From Kiritimatiellia bacterium (GTDB lineage Bacteria; Verrucomicrobiota; Kiritimatiellia; SLAD01), in contig SLBD01000028.1 of the NCBI GenBank assembly GCA_007126515.1, forward strand, positions 1 to 49,573: DNA of 49,573 nucleotides, written 5' to 3'. A program made the position numbers and the translations under genes. Every line of letters begins with the position of its first letter. Position 1 is the first letter of the stretch. Shown here piece after piece: positions 45,523-49,573 of this stretch. Below the pieces are notes generated by a model, which was not told the origin of the DNA, searched no databases, and saw nothing but the letters and a program-made list of their open reading frames with translations.

Positions 45523-46446
45523 CTATGCCCCGACACCCTCCGGCACAGCTTGGCCCGATTGCGCCCGCTCAACCGCCTTCGCCACGGTTTTCGGTAACTG
45601 CACGCGAATCATTTCCTCCCGATACTCCGCCGAGGCGCGATGCGGACTGGTCCGTAACTGAACTTCCTCCAACGCCACCTCTGCTGCTTTCGCGAACGTA
45701 TCTGAAGTCGGCGGTTGTCCAGCCAAGAACTTCATCGTCTCGACGGCAAGGAACGGCACTTTACTGGCTGGGCCAATCGCAATTCGGCACGACTCAATCA
45801 CATCCCCTTGGAGCTGGACGCGCGCGGCCATGCCAATCATCGGCAAGGCAATCCCCTGAGGCCGCATCACCCGCCGAAAAGCGGATCCTTCTTGGTCCCC
45901 GGTCGGGCGGAATCGAATTCGGGCAATCATCATCTGCTTGGCATCGACCGTGCTTTTGCCCGGACCAATAAACGTCTCCTCCATCGGGAACCAATGGATA
46001 CCATCTGGCCCCGCCACTTGGATTTCGCCCCCAAGCGCCAGTGTTCCGATCGTTCCATCGCCAGCAGGCAAGGCGTGAGCTATATTGCCGGCCAAAGTCG
46101 CGACATTGCGTACCTGCGGTCCGCCAATCACACCGCAGCTTTCCACCAAGCAAGTACCGCGGGAGCGAACACGCTCATCATTCACAATCGTCGTGTGGGT
46201 CACCCCAGCACCAATCACGAGGAAGCCATCCTCCTCAACAATCTCTTGCAAGCCCTCAATTCGGGTCGGATCGACCAAGGCATCCATTTTCGGTCGGTGC
46301 CCCTGCTGGATTTCCAACAGCAAATCTGTACCGCCACCGATCATGCAGGCTTTGCCTTCATATCGCGCTAAAATTGCCACTGCTTCTTCCACTGTGGTCG
46401 GAGTGTAATAATCTTTCCAGTACGCCATCATGCCCTCCAAAATCAA
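45523..46446 (-). CDS. Xanthine dehydrogenase family FAD-binding subunit (CoxM-like)
   Basis: The 307 aa protein has IGGGTDLLLEIQ, IGAGVTHTTI and VRNVATLAGNIAHA, the FAD_binding_5 motifs. It lies upstream of the fused FeS/Moco subunit gene. Confidence 0.9.
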   Translation of the reverse strand: MILEGMMAYWKDYYTPTTVEEAVAILARYEGKACMIGGGTDLLLEIQQGHRPKMDALVDPTRIEGLQEIVEEDGFLVIGAGVTHTTIVNDERVRSRGTCLVESCGVIGGPQVRNVATLAGNIAHALPAGDGTIGTLALGGEIQVAGPDGIHWFPMEETFIGPGKSTVDAKQMMIARIRFRPTGDQEGSAFRRVMRPQGIALPMIGMAARVQLQGDVIESCRIAIGPASKVPFLAVETMKFLAGQPPTSDTFAKAAEVALEEVQLRTSPHRASAEYREEMIRVQLPKTVAKAVERAQSGQAVPEGVGA

Positions 46447-46586
46447 AAATCCATTATGGACAGTTGGAAACTATAGCAAACGACTTCGGGAATTCCACTA
46501 TTAAATACGTAAGAAAAAGAGGGTGGGCTGAACGAAGGAGATGATGTAAAGTGGTCAAAATGGCTATACCAAAGGAAAGGATCATC

Positions 46587-47960
46587 ATGAATCGATTTCG
46601 CGATCTCTGGATGAACTCGATGGCGGTTGCGGCGCTCTTTGTCGCCAGCGCCTGTGCTGAAAACTCCGCCCCCGAACTCAACTCCAGTGTGCCCTCAGAA
46701 GAACCCGAGCTTTCGCCCGCTGCAGCGTTACTGAAAGAGCGTGCCCTACCCCTCAACGATGCCGCCGATCTCACACCGCTGTTAGAGCGAGTGGGTGATG
46801 CTCGACTCGTTTTGCTGGGCGAAGCCTCGCACGGCACATCAGAATTCTATACCTGGCGAGCCACCATCAGCCAGAGGCTGATCGAAGAAAAAGGCTTCAA
46901 CTTCATCGCCGTGGAAGGCGATTGGCAAACACTGTGGTTACTGAATCAGTACGTCAAACATCGCGAGCAACCGTTCGCCAACGCCACGGAGATTATGCAA
47001 ACCTTTGATCGCTGGCCACCCTGGATGTGGGCCAACGAAGAAACACGCGACCTAATCGAATGGCTCCGTGCCTACAACGCCGACCGGCCCATGGGCCAAC
47101 GAGTCGGCTTCTACGGCATGGACGTGTATGGAGAAGATCAGTCCAAAGCGGTCTTGCGTCGGTCTCTCGATGATCTGGATGAAGAAACCGCCGCCCTCTT
47201 GACAGCGGCATTGGACTGCCTGGCTCCCTTCCATGGGAACATGCACGATTATGCTCGAGCTGTTGCTCACGGAAGACAATCCCCTTGTCAGCCAGCCCTC
47301 GAAGCAGCTTTTACAGCCATGCAGGAATGGGTCGATCGCGCTGAATCCGATGCCGATGAACGGTTCGCCTTAAAAATGAGCACGAAGGTTCTCAAAAACG
47401 CTGAACAACATTTTCGACTAATGGCCCAGCAAGGTCCCCAATCGTGGAATGCCCGTGCGGATCATTTCTATGCCGCCGTCGCCCAGTTGCTCGAGTGGTA
47501 TGGAGACGACTCCCGCGGCATCGCCTGGGCTCACAACACGCACATTGGCGATGCCCGCGCCACTGCAATGGCGGGCGGCGGTCAACGCAACATCGGTCAA
47601 ATAGCCCGGCAACGGCATCCAGCAGATGATGTTGTTGCAGTTGGCTTTGGGACCCATCGGGGTACCGTTCAAGCCGGCCGCCAGTGGGGACAGGCCATGG
47701 AAACCATGCAGGTGCCGCCCGGAATCGCCGGCAGCGTCGAAGACTTCATGCACCAAACCGGAAAATCAACCGCCCTGTTCATTTTCGATCCTGCCCAAAA
47801 TTGGAGTCCACTCGAAACCGTGCTCGGCCACCGGGCCATGGGCGTCGTCTATAATCCCGAAGTTGAGCATCGCGGCAATTACGTCCCCACCCTACTCACC
47901 CGCCGCTACGATGCCTTCATCTTCATCGACGAAACAAAGGCCCTCCGACCGATTCGCTAG
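46587..47960 (+). CDS. Erythromycin esterase family protein, probable lipoprotein
   Basis: RLVLLGEASHGTSEFYTWRATISQRLIEEKGFNFIAVEGDW and WAHNTHIGD are family blocks. A lipobox (LFVASAC) is present. The ATG at 46587 is preceded by AAGGAAAGGA, although the ORF opens at 46551. Confidence 0.85.
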   Translation: MNRFRDLWMNSMAVAALFVASACAENSAPELNSSVPSEEPELSPAAALLKERALPLNDAADLTPLLERVGDARLVLLGEASHGTSEFYTWRATISQRLIEEKGFNFIAVEGDWQTLWLLNQYVKHREQPFANATEIMQTFDRWPPWMWANEETRDLIEWLRAYNADRPMGQRVGFYGMDVYGEDQSKAVLRRSLDDLDEETAALLTAALDCLAPFHGNMHDYARAVAHGRQSPCQPALEAAFTAMQEWVDRAESDADERFALKMSTKVLKNAEQHFRLMAQQGPQSWNARADHFYAAVAQLLEWYGDDSRGIAWAHNTHIGDARATAMAGGGQRNIGQIARQRHPADDVVAVGFGTHRGTVQAGRQWGQAMETMQVPPGIAGSVEDFMHQTGKSTALFIFDPAQNWSPLETVLGHRAMGVVYNPEVEHRGNYVPTLLTRRYDAFIFIDETKALRPIR

Positions 47961-48023
47961 CTAACGATAAAATCATATCAATTGACTTGCGATTGAGCTG
48001 GGATCGGGGTAGATAATCCGCCC

Positions 48024-48983
48024 ATGAAATTTGCTTTCTATGTAGTTGTTGCATGCATGTTGGGCTTGTTGACTGGCTGCGGCAGAGTCGGTCCGTTGTC
48101 AGATGATGGCCCCCTGCGCGTTGTGGCAACAACGACAATCGTCGGTGACGTAGTGGCCAATGTGGGCGGTGACGCCATCGACTTGCATGTGCTGATCCCG
48201 CCCGGAACAGATCCACATCATGCGATCTTTCGCCCTGCGGATCTTGCACTTGCCTCGGATGCACACTTGGTGTTTATCAATGGTGGGCGGCTGGAAGGGC
48301 AGATTGACCGCTTGCTGCGAAATGTCGGCGATCCCGACCGGATAGTCTCCCTTGACCGCAACATCGCCGCACGTCGTGCCCATGATCACCACCATCATCA
48401 TGATCACGGTCACGGCCATCATCACCATCACCACCACCATGACGACGTGGACCCCCACTTTTGGACAGATCCCCATAATGTGATGATCTGGGCCGACACG
48501 ATTGCCGCCGCCTTGACCGAGCATCGGCCCGAACTCGCCGACGAGTTTGCCGCACGCGCAGCAGCCTACCAAGAGCAGCTTCGCGAGCTGGATGCATGGA
48601 TTCTAGAACGGGTAGCCCAGTTGCCTGAATCCAACCGCCGACTGGTCACAGATCACCTATCCCTCGGTTACTTTGCGGACCGCTACGGATTCGAGCAGGC
48701 GGCTGTGATTCTGCCCAGCTTCGACACCATGGCCCAGCCCGCTGCCCGCCACGTGGCATCTGTGATTGAAGCGATCCGCGCTCAGAATGTCCCTGCCATC
48801 TTCATCGGTGCGGCGGTCAATCCAGCGCTAGCCTCACAGATCGCCCGTGACACTGGCACACAATTGGTGGTTTTGCCGTCTGATTCCTTGACCACCGCAG
48901 ACGGCCCGGCCCCTGATTACCTTTCCTACATGCGCATGATCGTTGACGCATTGATTGACAATCTGGCTGACTCTGTCCATTAG
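48024..48983 (+). CDS. Metal ABC transporter substrate-binding lipoprotein (ZnuA/cluster A-I) with a His-rich loop
   Basis: It has a lipobox (LLTGC), LRVVATTTIVGDVVANVGGD, DPHHA and DPHFWTDP. The loop HDHHHHHDHGHGHHHHHHHHDD is typical of zinc-specific ZnuA proteins. Confidence 0.88.
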   Translation: MKFAFYVVVACMLGLLTGCGRVGPLSDDGPLRVVATTTIVGDVVANVGGDAIDLHVLIPPGTDPHHAIFRPADLALASDAHLVFINGGRLEGQIDRLLRNVGDPDRIVSLDRNIAARRAHDHHHHHDHGHGHHHHHHHHDDVDPHFWTDPHNVMIWADTIAAALTEHRPELADEFAARAAAYQEQLRELDAWILERVAQLPESNRRLVTDHLSLGYFADRYGFEQAAVILPSFDTMAQPAARHVASVIEAIRAQNVPAIFIGAAVNPALASQIARDTGTQLVVLPSDSLTTADGPAPDYLSYMRMIVDALIDNLADSVH

Positions 48984-48989
48984 TCAGTC

Positions 48990-49573
48990 ATGTCAACCGC
49001 TGTTAAAACTTCCGGGCCGGAATCGCACGGGCGTGACCCCGCACATTTGCCCAACCAACCGATCCTGACCGTTCAAGGTGCATCCCTGCGGTACGGAGAA
49101 ATCGCGGCACTGGACACGATCTCTTTTCAACTCGACGAGGGGGATCAGGTCGCAGTCATCGGCCCCAATGGCGCTGGCAAAAGCACGTTGTTCAAAGCCA
49201 TCGCCGGAGTCATCCCCTTGACCTCCGGCGACGTACGTATCGGCGGCAGCCAGCCCACGGCTCATATCTGCATTGCTTACATTCCGCAGCGCAGCCAAAT
49301 CGACTGGTCCTTCCCCGCCACCGTCTACGATGTCGTCCTGATGGGGCGCGTCGGCCGCCTGGGCTGGTTCCGTCGCCCCAAGACACAAGATCGCGACATG
49401 GCGCACACATGCCTCGATCTCGTCCGACTCGGTCATCTGGCCAAACGCCAAATTGGGGAACTGTCCGGCGGCGAACAACAGCGCATGTTTATCGCCCGCG
49501 CCCTCGCCCAGGAAGCAGAATTGATGTTGATGGACGAAGTCATGACCGGTTGCGATACACCGGCCCGCGACGA
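48990..49573 (+). CDS. Metal ABC transporter ATP-binding protein (ZnuC-like), N-terminal part; the 3' end lies outside the window
   Basis: I translated this by hand from the ATG at 48990. It carries GPNGAGKSTLF (Walker A), LSGGEQQRMFIARAL (the signature motif) and LMLMDE (Walker B). The frame is open to the window end and is absent from the ORF track because it has no stop. Confidence 0.88.
   Translation, partial: MSTAVKTSGPESHGRDPAHLPNQPILTVQGASLRYGEIAALDTISFQLDEGDQVAVIGPNGAGKSTLFKAIAGVIPLTSGDVRIGGSQPTAHICIAYIPQRSQIDWSFPATVYDVVLMGRVGRLGWFRRPKTQDRDMAHTCLDLVRLGHLAKRQIGELSGGEQQRMFIARALAQEAELMLMDEVMTGCDTPARD

Noticed and set aside
46447-46586. A possible Moco riboswitch upstream of the molybdoenzyme operon
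   Set aside because: The divergent spacer is only about 140 nt. It must hold two promoters, and I could not find the conserved Moco-motif helices or the CCUCC/GGAG-type pairing.
47961-48023. A possible Zur-box operator upstream of the znuA-like gene (the AT-rich GATAAAATCATATC)
   Set aside because: The palindrome is only partial (GATA....TATC) and does not match any Zur consensus I can recall with confidence.
48381-48446. A run of CAT/CAC/GAT codons that looks like a simple-sequence repeat
   Set aside because: It lies in frame inside the ZnuA-like gene and encodes the His/Asp-rich metal-binding loop typical of zinc-binding proteins. It is not a non-coding repeat or a slippage artefact.
48993-49478. 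A 161 aa minus-strand ORF listed in the track
   Set aside because: The plus strand here encodes a clear ABC ATPase (Walker A, LSGGE and Walker B) that the track omits only because it runs off the window. The minus-strand ORF is its shadow.
1-49573. A search for CRISPR arrays, IS elements, toxin-antitoxin pairs and known defence genes
   Set aside because: I saw no spaced direct repeats, no transposase, integrase or recombinase-like ORFs, and no recognisable defence-system domains. The window looks like core chromosome.

Overview
This is a densely packed chromosomal segment with about 46 protein-coding genes and one tRNA-Lys(UUU). It is moderately GC-rich by eye; I did not compute the value. 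I found no rRNA, CRISPR array, transposase, integrase or prophage genes. Outer-membrane beta-barrels, lipoproteins, KdsD and UppP point to a diderm bacterium. The gene style (ECF sigma with ZAS anti-sigma, long hybrid kinases, frequent TTG/GTG starts) would fit a Planctomycetota-like organism, but that is inference only. Most genes are recognisable housekeeping genes:
- fdrA-DUF1116
- an NSS transporter with a small MetS-like subunit
- kdsD, uppP, an ftsB-like gene and malonyl-CoA decarboxylase
- an M48 protease, argA, yceH-like, smc, purU, sua5/tsaC and coaBC
- a DciA-like gene
- a xanthine-dehydrogenase-family molybdoenzyme
- the start of a ZnuA/ZnuC-type metal ABC importer
The stretches most worth a second look are:
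1. A minus-strand triad at 10945-16106: a DUF2760 protein plus two paralogous, lidless Hsp70-like ATPases, one with a ~340 aa helical C-terminal extension. No J-protein or nucleotide-exchange factor is encoded nearby.
2. A five-gene envelope operon at 34733-39393: a beta-barrel OMP, a PEGA-domain protein, a TPR-like lipoprotein, YcfL-like and LpoB-like.
3. A tightly coupled operon at 19771-22440: ECF sigma, soluble ZAS anti-sigma, exported MsrB and an aldo/keto reductase.
Smaller observations are an RBS-sequestering hairpin before the NSS transporter, a 312-nt gene-free spacer with a 93-nt imperfect hairpin, a 62-nt convergent gene overlap, and several translationally coupled gene chains. All product calls come from motif recognition by eye; no database search was run.
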